Below, piece after piece: positions 46,791 to 61,440 of a DNA stretch of 64,000 bases. Below the pieces are notes generated by a model. The model did no database searches. It was not told the DNA's origin and saw only the letters and a program-made list of their open reading frames with translations. Source of the DNA: the human T2T-CHM13v2.0 reference genome, Homo sapiens; assembly GCF_009914755.1 (NCBI RefSeq), contig NC_060932.1; one strand, written 5' to 3'. Every line of letters begins with the position of its first letter. The stretch's first letter is position 1. The position numbers were made by a program, and so were the translations under genes.

Positions 46791-49202
46791 TTCATAGCCA
46801 CATCTGATGGAGACTCATAAAAGAGAGTTCATTTGTGTTTTTGAAATGAATCAATAAGTTTTATCCTTAAAACTCACCAGACAATCTGGTGTGTAGGGAC
46901 GTTGGGAGGAGGACTTTTAGCAAATAGGTAGACTTGGAAATCTTCCCCCATATGTGAGAAAAGCAAACTGTCTCATGAAGGGTCAAATGTTTCTGCAGAG
47001 CTCAGGACACTAATTCCCACACTACATTCCCGTACCACATGGACTGACTATGACTATGAAATAAACTTAAGAAGGAATAATGCTTTAAACATAGTCTCCT
47101 GTACACCCGTAAATATGGGTTGTCTTTGGAGACTCTGGTGACTGCCTTTATGGTGCACAATTCACATTGTTAAGACACAAGGCAGAGGTTCTAGCAACTG
47201 TAAACCCTGTAGATCCTTCTCAGTCTCCAAAAAAGGGCAGGGGATGAGACATGTTCACATACAATGAGATGAAAAGCCAAACATCAGAGAATTGAACTCT
47301 GCCATCTGGGGCCTATTTCACATTTGTCATGAAATCCGGGCACGGATCAATTAATGACAGGCAGCAATACCAGTTGTGAAAGGTGATGCAGCGTCATAAA
47401 TAACATGGTTTGGGGCAGAAAGAACCGGAGCTGCAAGCTGTCTTCTGCCTGGAGATTCAATTCTATTTTTCCATATTCTATTTGTGACCAAAAACACAAG
47501 AAAGATGTTGGAAGCCCAGCTAAAACTTCTTATGACTGGAAGCACATGCTACCAGAGCATCTGTCTCTCTCTTTATTATAGCGAGTCATCAGTCTTCCAC
47601 TGGGTGAGACCTAACCAATCCCTCTCCTTACAGACATTTAGGTTATAATAATAATAAAAATAAATAACTATTATTATCCATAGAGAGCTTCATAGTTTGA
47701 AAAGTCCTCTTTTATATATTAGCTCATCTACTTCTCACAATAATCCCAGTGAATAAATGCTATGCGTTATAGGACAAAAACATTTGGCTGGAATTCTAAA
47801 ATAAATTCTTGGTTAGCTGTCTACAATCATCACATATGTTGAAGGAGATGATCTCATAGAATTATCCAGGCAAAGGAAGACTCTAATACTATGCAAAGCT
47901 TCAGTTCCAAATCATTTTACTATGGCAAAAAAAAAAAAAAAGGCTGGACAAAAGGTAAGATTTCTTTCTTCTTTTAAATCACTTTCCCCTGATCTTATGC
48001 TTGTTCCCACCCACTTGATCATGCAGAGATAAAGTCACCTTTTCCTAAGTGTGAGGGTGATGAGCTGTAAGAGAGAAAAACATTCCAAAATGGAAAAAGG
48101 AGACCTAAACAAGATCAAGAAGTAAATAGATAATCTAGAGCCATCAGTTTCACAGAAAAGAGAAAAGCAACAACTCTGTTCTCTGTCCCAAAGCTCCACC
48201 TCTGGCTTACTACCCAGGGGTGTCATTTGCGTGATATTTCTCAGCAGTTCTCCTCTACAGAAAGGAGAAGATGGAGGAGATTTTGCACTCCACTCATGAA
48301 GGATCCAAGTGATGCAATGTCCCACTCAAGAAGGGAGAAATGAGATTGCCATACTAGCAGAAAAAATCTTTTCTTCGTCCCTCTGAGGCCAGTTTTCCAA
48401 ACTAGCCTCTGCTTCTTTGTATTCATGTCATAACAATTGACATTGACTCTTCACACCTCTGAAAGGTATGCTTCTGGTTAAGATGTGGAAAAAGATGAGA
48501 CTTTCATTCCCTTGATAACAAGCAGTAAAACCTGGGCAAAATTTTGAGGGTGTTTTCGACAGGGTTAGCAAGGAATGGTGAATGCAAGTGAGCCTCGATG
48601 CACCAAATTAGAAATTACCTCTAAACAGATAAGCCAAAACCAGTGGCAGATTGCATAAATAGGACCAGGTACCTAATATAGTTATTGTCAGGCAGAAAGG
48701 TTAATTAGCTGTAGATAGAGAGGCATTGTAGAAATTAGGAAAAAACAGCTAAGCCTTAGACCACAGTGTAGGCTGGCAACACTGATACTTTTTTTTAATT
48801 TTTGATAAAAATTGTAGACCTATAAATTCAAAGAGCTGAAATAATTATTCAGGAGGAATAACTACCATATGACAGAGGGAGAGAGATTTCTAAAATAAAA
48901 AGACAATTAAAAAAAACCAAAAAAACATTAAAATAGCAAGAGAAAATAACACGTTGCTTAGAGATAATCAACAATAAGAATTATAACTGATTCCTTATCA
49001 GAAACAATGTAAGTCAGAAGATAATAAAGTGACATCTCTATAGTGTTATAAGAAAAAAAGATAACAACCCAAAATTCTATTATATTATTCCAGAAGAATA
49101 GTCTTCAAACATTAAGGTGCAATAAAAATATTTTCAAATAAATGAAAGCTGTGAGAATTTGTCACCAGTATATTTGCACTTTAAGAAAGGCTAAAGGAAA
49201 TC

Positions 49203-49439
49203 CAGTTGTCTCTTGGTATATGTGGGGGATTGGGTACAGGACCCCTCTCTATAAAAAAAAACTGTGCATACTCAAGCCCCACAGTCAGCTCTACAGAACT
49301 CACAGTTAAGTAGAGTCTGCCCACTGTATGCTGATTTCACATTCTGCTAATACTGTATTTTTGATTTACTTTTTGTTGAAAAGAATCTGTGTATAAGTGG
49401 GCCTGTGCAGTTCAAACCCACGTCATTCAGGGTCAACTG
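49203..49439 (+). mobile_element. MER8 (TcMar-Tigger MITE), complete
   Basis: TIR ends CAGTTGTC.../...GGGTCAACTG; 237 bp; GGGGGATTGG.ACAGGACCCC and GTATAAGTGG.CC.G.GCAGTTCAAACCC. Confidence 0.9.
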
Positions 49440-50515
49440 CATTTCAGAAGAAAGAAGTTATACCATAAAGAAACTTGACTCTATAGGAAGAAATGTATAT
49501 ATGTATTAGGTAAATACAAAAAAATAATTTTTGCTTTTTATATTTATGTTAAATACCACTTAATTTTTTTATAGAAAAATAAGCAAAAATAATAATATAT
49601 CAGTGGGTTATAATGTGTAGAAGACAAAAATTGACAGCAGTCCAAAGGATAGAAGGAGTGTAGATTAAAGTACAGCATTGTATTATTTTACAGAAAGTAG
49701 TATAATATTATTTTAAGGTTGATTGTGACAAGTTCAACGTATCTATAATAACTGCTAGAGAAACACTAAAAGTAGAATAAAGAGGCATACCTAAAAAGTC
49801 AATAAATAGAAGACACAGAATACTAAAAAATACTTAAAAAGGTCCAAAATAAGGCAGGAAAGGAGGAACAAAGAAACAAATAATGGATGGGACAACCAGA
49901 TAAGAAATTTAAAAAAAAATAGCTTTAAATAAAACCTTATCAAAAATAAATTAAATGTAAATGAACTAAATGCTATCACTAAAATTCAGAGATTTTCAGA
50001 CTGGATAAAAACATAGCATATTATGTTTATAGTTTCAAATATAAAGACAAGTTGAAAGTGAAAGATGAAAAATGATATAAAATATAAAGCACTGAACACA
50101 AGAAATTGATGTGGCCAAATTAACATCAGGGTAGACTTCAAGACAAGAAATATTATCAGAGATAAGTTGCCCATTTCATAAAAATAGAGGCCAATTCACT
50201 AGGAAGACATAATCCTGAATGTGTTTTTAACCAATAATAGAGGTTCAAAATAAATGCACTAAAATTGAGAGAACTAAAGGCAGAAATATAGTCAAATTCA
50301 ATTATCATGGAATATTATAACACTTCTCTGTAACCAATTGATAAAACAATTAGGCCAAAAAAATCAGTAAAAATATAGAAGATGTGAACAACACTATCAG
50401 CTGTCGTAACCTAATTGCCTTGTAGAAGACGCTCCACCCAAGAGCAGCCTTTTCAAGTGTGCATGAAGAATTCCCCAAGATATGCCATAGAGTGGGCTAT
50501 TAAATATCTCATTAA

Positions 50516-50808
<293 letters not shown>

Positions 50809-51639
50809 CTCATTAAATTTTAAAGGATTGAAGTGATATGTATTCAAAACCGTTAACAACAAAATGTTGTGAAATTCCGCCTACAATTAGAAATTGAGCA
50901 ATGAATACTCTTCAAGGAAGAAATCACAGAGAAATCAGAAAATACTTTGAATGGTGGTATGAACATAGCATATCAAAATTTATAGGCTGCAGCTAAGTCA
51001 GTATTCAGAAAAAAAAGTATTTGTTGGATTTTTATATTAGAAAACAGAACTGTTTTAAAGTCAATGACTGTGCTTCCATATTAAGAAACCAAGAAAAAAA
51101 GCAAATTAAACCCAAAGGAAGTAGAAAAAAATAAAATAATAAAGAGGAGAGTAATAATCGATGAAATAGAAAACAAACAATAGAGGAAACCAACAGAACC
51201 AATAAGTGGTTCCTTGAAAATGTTATTAAAATTGTTAGATGACTAGCAATGCTGTTCAAAAAACATAAAAGTGACCAGTTACCAATATTAGGAATAAAAT
51301 GGAGGATATAAGTATTGATCATACAAACAATAGGGAAGCATATTATAAACACCTTTATGCCATTAAAATTTACTGGTTACATGACATGGACAAACTTCTT
51401 GAAAGACATATGAAGAAACAGAAAATGTGAATAACTATCTGTTAAATAAATTGAATTGATGATTAAAAACCTTCCCATAAAGAAAATCTCTAAGCTCAAA
51501 TGTCTGCCATGAATAATAGCAAGCTTAGACAAACTCTTTTAGAAAAGAGGAGAAATTATTTCTTCCCAACTTATTTAATGATATTAAAATAGCTTGACAA
51601 CAAAAACATGACAAGGAGCATTATAAGAAAGGAAAATTA

Positions 51640-52000
<361 letters not shown>

Positions 52001-52009
52001 TTATGCTAA

Positions 52010-52174
52010 ATTATATTTAAATATATAATGTAATTAGTATATATAATGTAATTATATGTAAGTTATGTAAGTATATATAAGTATTTATATAAATTTAAAT
52101 ATAGTTATATATTTTTAAGTACATATAAGTACAAATTATTGAATTAGTATAATTTAAGTTATACTAAATATATA
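52010..52174. repeat. AT-rich degenerate (TA)n low-complexity tract
   Basis: ATATATAATGTAATT repeated; almost no C. Confidence 0.8.
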
Positions 52175-53478
52175 TGAGAGGACTTCAAACACTTTGTGGA
52201 AAATGGAATTAAAAGACGAAAACAAGAAATGCAAAGTTTATTTTTCAATATAATCTCCATCAAGTTCAAGACAATTTTGTAAGTGATGATACCAGCCATT
52301 TAAGTCATCCCTAAATAACTGAGAGTCCTGAAAATTTAACCATGTCAATGCAGTCTTTTTTATATTATTAACTGAAGAAAAATAGTTGCCCTTTAAAGAT
52401 ATTTTTAAGATTAGGAAATAAAGGGAAGTCAGAAGGAGTCAAATTAGGACTGTAACATGGACACCTAATGATTTCTGACCAAAACTCTCACAAAATTGCC
52501 CTTTGATTAGAGGAATTGCAGGAATACCATTTTGGTGGAGAACTCTCTGGTAAAGCTTTCCCTGCCCTTTTTTTTTTTTTTTTTTTTTTTTTGCTAAAGC
52601 TTTGGCTTTCCCAAAATACTGTCATAATAAGCCAATATTATCATCCTTCAGCCCTCCAGAGAGTCAAGAAGCAAAATGCCTTGAACATCCCAAAAGCTAT
52701 TGCCATGATTTTCGCTCTTGACTGGTCCACTTTGGCTTTGACTGGACCACTGCCACCTCTTGATAGTCATTGCTTTGATTGTACTTTGTCTTCAGGATCA
52801 TACTGATAAAGCCATATTTTATCTCGTGTTAAAATTATTCAAAGAAATGCTTCAGGACTTTAGTCCCGCTTGTTTAAAATTTTCATTGAAAGCTCTGCTC
52901 TTGTCTGCAACTGACCTGGGCACAACAGTTTTGGCACCTGTTGGTGGAAAGTTTACTCAACTTTAAGTTTTCAGTCAGAATTGTGTAAGCTGAACCAATT
53001 GAGATGTCTGTGGTGTTGGCTATTGTTTGTGCAGATAATAATCAGGTTTTTTTTTAGTTAAGGCACAAGCAAGATTAATTTTCCCACACAAATTGATGTG
53101 GCTGGTCTGCTGCTGTAGGCTTCATCTTCAACATTATCTCATCCTTTTTTAAAATGAGTTATCCATATGTAAACTGCTAATCTGGGGGACAGACATTATC
53201 CGCATAAACTTTTTATAAAGCGTCAATAATTTCAGCATACTTCCACCAGAACGTCGTCATAAATTGGATGTTTATTTCTGTTTCAATTTTAGCAGAATCA
53301 ATATGGTTTTGATAGGGGCTCTTTTAAAACTGATGTCTTATCCTTAGTTCCTCAAACTAGATCTGTTCAGATATGGTATAATATGATAGTAGTATATTTT
53401 AGTGCAAAAAGTAATTGAAATCCATGTATAGTTTTTTGCATAATATATATTTTCCATGAACATTTTGAAGACTCTTCA
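52175..53478 (-). mobile_element. HSMAR2 mariner transposon, full length (~1.3 kb), transposase pseudogenised
   Basis: Both TIRs (TGAGAGGACTTCAAACACTTTGTGGAAAATG / TTTTCCATGAACATTTTGAAGACTCTTCA); minus strand reads ..DSAKIET.INIQFM.. and VYIWITHFKKG*DNVEDEAYSSRPATSI, matching the Hsmar2 N-terminal region. Confidence 0.93.
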
Positions 53479-53479
53479 C

Positions 53480-53911
53480 GTGTGTGTGCGTATGTGTGTA
53501 TGGACAGTGGGGAGGAAGAGAGAGAGTATGAGGAATTGCTTTATGCAATTATGGAGATTGACAAGTTCCAAGATCTGTAACTGGCCAGCTGGAGATCCAT
53601 AAAAACTGATGATGTAGTTTCAGTCCAAGTTTGGAGGCAAGAAAATCCAATATCCCAGCCTGAAGACAGTGAGGCAAGAGGAGTTACCTCTTGCTCTTTG
53701 AATGGTCAGCTCTTTTGTTCTATTCAGAGCTTCAGTGGATTGAATAAGGCCCACCCACATTAGAGAGAAAAATCTGTTTTTATTTTATCTACTGATTCAA
53801 CTGTTAATCTTATCCAGAAACACCCTCATAAACTCACTCAGAATAATGTTTGACCAAATATCTGGGTGCCCTATGGGCCTGTCAAGTTGACACACAAAAT
53901 TAATCATCACG
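53480..53911 (-). mobile_element. MLT2 (A/B-like, ERVL) LTR lacking one terminus
   Basis: GAGGAATTG...ATTATGGAGATTGACAAGTTCCAAGATCTG ... GTCAAGTTGACACACAAAATTAATCATCAC. Confidence 0.9.
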
Positions 53912-55890
53912 CTCCCTAAGATCAGGAACAAGACAAAAATATTCCCCTTTCACCACTTCTGTTCAACACATAATGGAGTTACTAGCCTGTGCAATTACAT
54001 AAGAGAAAGAAATAAATGGCATAAAGATTGGGGAAGAAAAGTAAAGTTGTCTTTATTTACAGATGACATGATTATGTATGTAGAAAACTCAAGTAAATCT
54101 ACCCCAAAATAAAAAAGCTATTAGACTTAATAATTAAAGTTTTTGAGGTAATGAGATGTAAGATCAATATACAAAACTCAATTGTACTTCTATATACTAG
54201 CAGCAAACAATTGGTGAATGAGATTCAAATAAAACCATTCACATAACAGCATCAAGGAACATAAAACAGGAAACAAATAATCAAATGTGTATTAAACCTT
54301 TACTCTAAAAACTATAAAACATTTCTGAGATAAATTACAGTAGACATAAATAAAAAGACATAGCATATTTATTGATGGGAAGACGTAAACTCTCCCCAAA
54401 CTGACCTATAGTTTCAAATAAATCTCAAATCAAATTAAAATAGCAGCAAGTACATTTTTGGTGAAGTTTATAAACTGGCTACCAAATTTATATGTAAAAG
54501 CAAAGGAGCTAGAATAGCCAAAACAATCTTGAAGAAAAAGTTGAAGTCCTTACACTACTTGATTGCAAGATTTACCATAAAGCTATGGTAATTGATAAAA
54601 TTTATTATTGGTGAAACAATAGGCAAATATATCAGTGGAACATAATAGATCCCACAAATATTCTCACTTATAGTTACCTTATTTTCACAAAAGCATCAAC
54701 AATTCAATGGGGAAATTTTTTTCAAAAAATTCTTTTAGAACTGGTTAACCAATTGAATAAAAGTGAACTTTGACAGGTACATCACACTTTAATAGAAAAT
54801 TTATTCAATAAAAATCATAACAATTAACTCAATAAAATGCAATTTTGAAGGCAACTAGGCATCAATATAGGATAATATATTTATGACCTTTTGGTAGGCA
54901 AGGATTTATTCTAACACAATGAAAAAGCAAAGGATGTCAGCAAGATGGCCAACTAGAGATACCTGCCATTTGTTCTCCCCACTTAGCCACAAAAAAAGGA
55001 CCAAAAGCAACAAATAAACAGCTAAAATTTGACTGGAGTATTGAAGGGAAAGAGCTGGAGTACAGTGGGGTAGTGAAGAGGCACCTGTGGTGATTGGAAG
55101 TTTAGGAAGGCAGAATGGAGGCACTTGGCCTCTGAAGCCCCATCTTCCCCATCCAGATTAGATCTGCCTGGAATCAGGAGGGACTTCCTGTTTTGGGGAA
55201 AAGGTAAGCACAAGATCCCCGGTGACCCCCATTACCACCAAAAACACTTACAGTCCTTACAACAGAAGAAACCCAGTCCTTGCAAGCCCTGAGCCCAGTT
55301 TGGAGAACTGTCAGGAATTCATGCAGCTGCATTGCCGCAGATTAAGAGCACAAGATATGCACTCCCCACCCCCTACACAACCCTTGTGAGTCAAGCTGTT
55401 GCAGCATGGTACCATCATGAGACCAGAGCCACCTCTGGAGTGCATCATGCTGTGGAGACCAGTAGCCACTGCACTGGGGCTCCATCTTCATTCCACCAAG
55501 CCCACAGAGGTGGTGGAACACCACAATTCCAGCTGTGTGGAGCCTGGGCCCAGGATTGGCTGTGACTCTGGTCCGGCACAGCAGAGAAACCAACCCCTGC
55601 TTCTTCCCTTCCCACTAGAGGAATAGATTGGCAGTACTGTTGAAGGCAAACCCACCTTTGAGTTGGCCAAACTGCTTCTTGCCCTTTCTCAAGATGGAGA
55701 GGCCCCCAAGCCTCCAAGCAGCTGATAGGTTCCCAGGCCAGAGGAACAGCTATGCACTCATGCTCAGAACCTGAGAAACAGACCTGCAGAATCCCCACCA
55801 AGCACAGCCTGCTCAATGGGCCTGCACCTATAATCAGGGACTAAGAAACAGTCCCACAGGCCCCAGGCCAGCCAAGTAGTCAAGAGTTTA

Positions 55891-56166
55891 AACTACTGCA
55901 AGGACAAAAAACCAAACACCGCATGTTCTCACTCATAGGTGGGAATTGAACAATGAGAACACTTGGACACAGGAAGGGGAACATCACACACCGGAGCCTG
56001 TCATGGTGTGGAAGGAGGGCGGAGGGATAGCATTAGGAGAAATACCTAATGTAAATCACGAGTTAATGGGTGTAGCACACCAACATGGCACATGTATACA
56101 TATGTAACAAACCTGCATATTGTGCACACGTACCCTAGAACTTAAAGTATAATTAAAAAAAAAAAA
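55891..56166 (+). mobile_element. Heavily 5'-truncated L1PA (approx. L1PA5) 3' end
   Basis: GCAAGGACAAAAAACCAAACACCGCATG...CTAGAACTTAAAGTATAATT-A(n); TSD AAGAGTTTA(C)AACT. Confidence 0.95.
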
Positions 56167-58803
56167 AGAGTTTACAACTTGAATGTGAGAAACAGCCCCA
56201 TGGGCCACTCCTGGTGGGTAAGTCCCAGACCAGTCAAGCAGCCTTGTTGCAATGTCACAAGCCTGATGCAGGGCCTTGTGCCCACAGACACCACCCCTAA
56301 GACCACCCAAGCAGCCTTGCACCAAGATCTCAGGCCAAAGAAGAAGAGCTGTTCCTAGCAGGTATGCCTTCCACATGCTTGCGTTCCTAATCAGAGTAAC
56401 AAGCCTGAGGCCACAACCCCAGCAAGTCAGATCCCAAATTGGTAGATGCACTGTTAGCCTCTGAACACCACGATATGAGAAATATCTCAGCAAGCACCCC
56501 CGACAAAGCTGTACTACCATCACTACAAACTCTCTTAGCCTAGGCTACTGAAAACCTCACAAATTCCATCAGTGTGGATTACAACTGAAGAAAGTAAATG
56601 GAGAATGAACTACTCCATTCACTTAGAAGCAAATCCAGTTCATTCTACTAAATTGACACCCTAAGACTCATTCATAGGAATAAGTCTTTCTCCATGAAAC
56701 CTACTTCATAAAATTGGAAGAGGCAACTTCTCTACCAGATACATAAAAATCAGTGTAGGGCACATCAAACAGGAATAAGGAAGGAAACATGATACTCCAA
56801 AGGGAAACAATAATTCTCCAATAACAGCCCCCAATCATGAGAAAATATATGACACACCAGAAAACAGACTTCAAAAAAAATCTTAAGGACACTCAGTGAG
56901 ATACAAGAGAATACAGATAGACAATTCAACAAAATCAGGAATACAATTCAGATTTGAATAGGAAATTAAAAAAATATATATCATTAGAAAGAACCAAACA
57001 GAAATTCTAGAACTAAACAATTCAATGAATGAAATTTAAAAAAAATACAATTGCAAGCTTCAACAACATACTAGACCAAGTGAAAGAAAGAATTTCTGAA
57101 GTTGAAAGCAGATCTTTTGAAGTAACACAGACAGTCAAAGAAAGAAAAGAATAAAGAATAAAAAAGAATTTAAAAGGCTACAGGTTTTATGGGACATCAG
57201 TAAGTGAAAAAATGTTTGTGTTATGGGCATTCAGAAGAAAAAGAGAAGGTGAGGAAAAGGTATGTAATGAAATCATAGCAAAAATATCCCCAAGTCCTGA
57301 GAGAGAGATGGACATCCAGGCAAAGGAAGTTCAAAGAACTGCAAATAGTTTCAATGCAAACAGGTCCCCATTCAGGCAGAGTATGGTCAAGCTGTGGAAA
57401 GTCAAATACAAAGAATTCTAAAAGCAGCAAGACAAAAGTATCAAGTCAAACCTAAGGGAATTCTCATTAGACTAGCGGCTAATTTCTCAGCAGGAACCTT
57501 ACAGGCAAGGAGAGAATGCAATATTTCAAAGTATTGAAAGAAAAAAAAAGCTGCCAGTTAAGCATATTATGGCCAGCAAAGCTGTCTTTCAAAAGTGAAG
57601 GGGAAATAAGTATTTTCACAGACAAGCAGAAACTAAGGGAATGTATTACTCTTAGACCAGACCTGGAAGAAATTCCCAGGAGAGTTTTACTTCTGAAAGT
57701 GAAAATTCAATACCATTGTGAAAAAACACACAAAACCATGAACCTCACAAGTAGAGCCAATACACAAAGGAGAAAGAGAAAGGAATAAAATGTTATCACT
57801 ACAGAAAACCACCCAACCTCAAAAATAAGCAATAAGACAGGAATCAAGGAAAAAAAGACATACAAAACAATCAACAAAATGACAGGGGTAATTCCTCAAA
57901 CATCAATAATAATCTTGAATGCAAATGAGTTACCTTCCTTATTTAAAAGACATAGACTGGCTGAATGGATTAAAAACACAAGACCCACCTACATGCTGCC
58001 TACAAGAAACTCACCTCATCTCCAAAGACACACAAAAACTGAAAGTGAATGGATGGAAAAAAAATCCCATGTAAATTTTAACCAAAAATGAGCAGGACTA
58101 GCTATATTTATATCAGACAAAGCAGAATTCAAGTCAAAGGTATAAAAAGAGACAAAGAAGGACATATAACAATAAAGGGATCAATTCAGCAAGAGAATAT
58201 AACAATAGTAAATATTTATGCACTCAACAATGGAGCACCCAGATATATAAAGCAAATATTATTAGATCTAAAGGGAGAAATAGGCCCCCAAATAATAGTA
58301 GTTCTGGACTTCAACACCCCACACTGAGCACTGGACAGATCATGTAGACAGAAAATCAACAAAGAAACAATGGATTTAAACTGCACCACAGACCAAATGG
58401 AATTAACATTTACAGGACATTTTACCCAACAGCTGCAGAATATGCATTCTTTTCATCAGCACATAGACTGGCCATATATTAGGACCCAAGGCAAATCTTA
58501 ACATATTTTTCAAAGTCAAAAATCATATCTGACCACAATGGAATAAAATTAGACATCAATAACAAGTGAAACTTCAAAATTATACAAATACATGGAAATT
58601 GAACAACATAATTCTGAACAAACAGTGGGTAAAGGAAGAAATTAAGAATAAAATTTAAAATAGAAACACAATATACCAAAACCAATGGCGCAGCAGAAGC
58701 AGTATTAAGAGGCAAGTTTATAGCAATATATGTTTACATAAAAAAACTAGAAAGATTTTCAACAAACAATCTAAATCATTAAGTTGTTCACTGCAAGGAA
58801 CTA

Positions 58804-58836
58804 CGTATTAGTCAGGGTTCTCTAGAGAGACAGAAC
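58804..58836 (-). mobile_element. 33-bp MLT2 LTR terminus remnant inside L1 ORF2
   Basis: CGTATTAGTCAGGGTTCTCTAGAGAGACAGAAC matches the MLT2A end (TGTATTAGTCAGGGTTCTCTAGAG.GACAGAAC). Confidence 0.8.
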
Positions 58837-58964
58837 CTAGAAGAACAAAGCAAGCCCAAAATTAGTAGAAGGAAATAAATAATAAAAACCAGAGCAGAAA
58901 TAAATGAAATTGAGACTTAAAAAACAATACAAAAAGATCAACAAAACAAAAAGTTGTTTTATTA

Positions 58965-59083
58965 TGCCTGGCATGATAGCTTGCACCTGAAATCTTAGCT
59001 ACTCAGAAAGCTGAGGTAGGAGAAAAGCTTTAAGCCAGGAGTTTGAGACTAGACTGGGCAACATAGCAAGACCCCATCTCTTT
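58965..59083 (+). mobile_element. FLAM (FLAM_A-like) Alu monomer
   Basis: Monomer with AGCTACTC and CTGGGCAACATAGCAAGACCCCATCTCT; TSD AAAAAGTTGTTTT at 58948-58960 and 59084-59096. Confidence 0.88.
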
Positions 59084-60885
59084 AAAAAGTTGTTTTTACG
59101 AAAAAATAAACAAAATTGACAAACCATGAACTAGACTAAGAAAAAAGAGGAAAAACATAAATAGATAAAATCAAAAATGAAAAAGTTGTCACAACAGATA
59201 CCACAGAAATACAAAGGATCATTACGAACTAGTATGAATAAGCCAATAAATTTGAAAATCTGGAGGAAATTGGTAAGCTTCGGTACACATATAACCTATC
59301 AAGACTGAAGCAAGAGGCAATAGAAAACCTGAAAGAGATGGAATCAGTAATAAAAAGTGTCCCAACAAAGAAAAGTCCAGGACTGGATGGCTTCACCACT
59401 GAATTCTGTTGAAGATTTAAAGAGGAATTAATACCAATACTTCTCAAACTATTCCAATAAATTGAAGGGGAAATAATTCTCCCTAATTCCATGAGCTAGC
59501 ATTACCCTGATACCAAAATCAGACAATGACACAAGAAAAAAAGAAAACTACATGCTGATGTCTCTGATGAACACTGATGCAAAAATACTCAAGATAACAC
59601 TAGCAAACAGCAACTAACAACACATAAAAAAGATAGTACACCATGATCAAGTGGGATTTATTCCAGAAATGCAGGGGGATTCATTATCTGCCAATCAATA
59701 AACATCATACATTACATCAAAAAAATGAAGAGTAAACACCATATGATCATCACAATAGATCTAGAAAAACATTTGATGAAATTCAACATTCATTCATGAT
59801 AAAAACTTTCAACAAATTAGGTGTATAATAATAAAGGCATAATAGAGGCCATATGTGACAAACCCACAGCTAACATCATACTAAATGGGGGAAATCACGA
59901 AGTTTTTCTTCTAGGAACTGGAACAAAATAAGGATGCCCACTCTCACTACCTTAATCAAATGGTAATGAAAGTCCTTTCCAGAGCAATTAGGCAAGACAA
60001 AGAAATAAAAGCCATCCAAATTGGAAAAAAGGAAGTCAAATTGTCCCTGTTTGTAGATGACATGATCTTATATATAGAAAAACTTAGACTCGACCAAAAA
60101 CTCATACAACTCAGCAGCAAATTCAGTAGTTGCAGTATCCAAAATTCATATACAAAAATCAGTACTGTTTCTATATACAAACGATGAACTAGCTGAAAAA
60201 AAATCAAGAAGGCAATCCCATTTACAATAGCTACAAATAAAATAAAATAAAATAAAATGCCTAGAAATAAATTTAACTAAGGAGGTGAAAGATTTCTATA
60301 AGGAAAATCACAAAACACTGATGAAAGAAATTGAAGAGAGTACAAACAAATGGAAAGACATCCATGCTCCTGAATTAGAAGAATTAATTTTGTTAAAATA
60401 ACAATACTACACAATAAAATCTACAGATTCATTGTAATTCCTATCAAAATACCAGTGATATTATTCATGGAAATAGAAAAATAAACAAATTGTATAGAAT
60501 CACAAAAGAACCTGAATATCCAAAGCAATCATGAGCAAAAAGAACAAAACTGGAGACATCACACTACCTGATTTCAAAATTTACTACAAAGCTATAGTAA
60601 TCAAAATAGCCATGGTGTTGCCATAAAAACAGACACACAGACCAATGGAATGGAATAGAGAACCCAGAAATCAACCAACCTATCTACAGCCAACTAATTT
60701 TTGACAAAGTTACCAAGAACACTCATGGGGAAAGGACAGTCTCTTCAATAAATGGAGCTGGGAAAACTGGATATCCATATGCAGAAGAATAAATCTAGAC
60801 CCCTACCTCTCATGCTATATAAATATCAACTCAAAATAGATCAAAGAACTAAATGTAAGAACTGAAACTTAAAACTACTAGTAGA

Positions 60886-61176
<291 letters not shown>

Positions 61177-61440
61177 CTAGTAGAAAATGTAGGGGACATG
61201 CTTCAGGATATTGTTCCAAGGAAAGATTTTATGAATGAGAGCTCAAAAGCACAGGCAACACAAGCAAAAACAAATAAATGGGATTATATCAAACTACAAG
61301 CTTCTACACAGCAAAGAAAACAATCAAGAAAATGAAAAGACAACCTACAGAATGGGAGAACATATTTGCAAACACTCATCTGACAGGGAATTAATATCCA
61401 GAATGTGAAAGAAACATAAATATCTTAACAACAATAACAA

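Noticed and set aside
52516-52966. + strand ORFs within HSMAR2 as an active transposase
   Set aside because: They are antisense to the transposase, which has stops and a poly(T) expansion near 52570-52592
55332-56523. Cluster of ORFs in a GC-rich region as a gene or CpG-island promoter
   Set aside because: Lies in the CpG-depleted 5'UTR of an old L1M2/L1MA element
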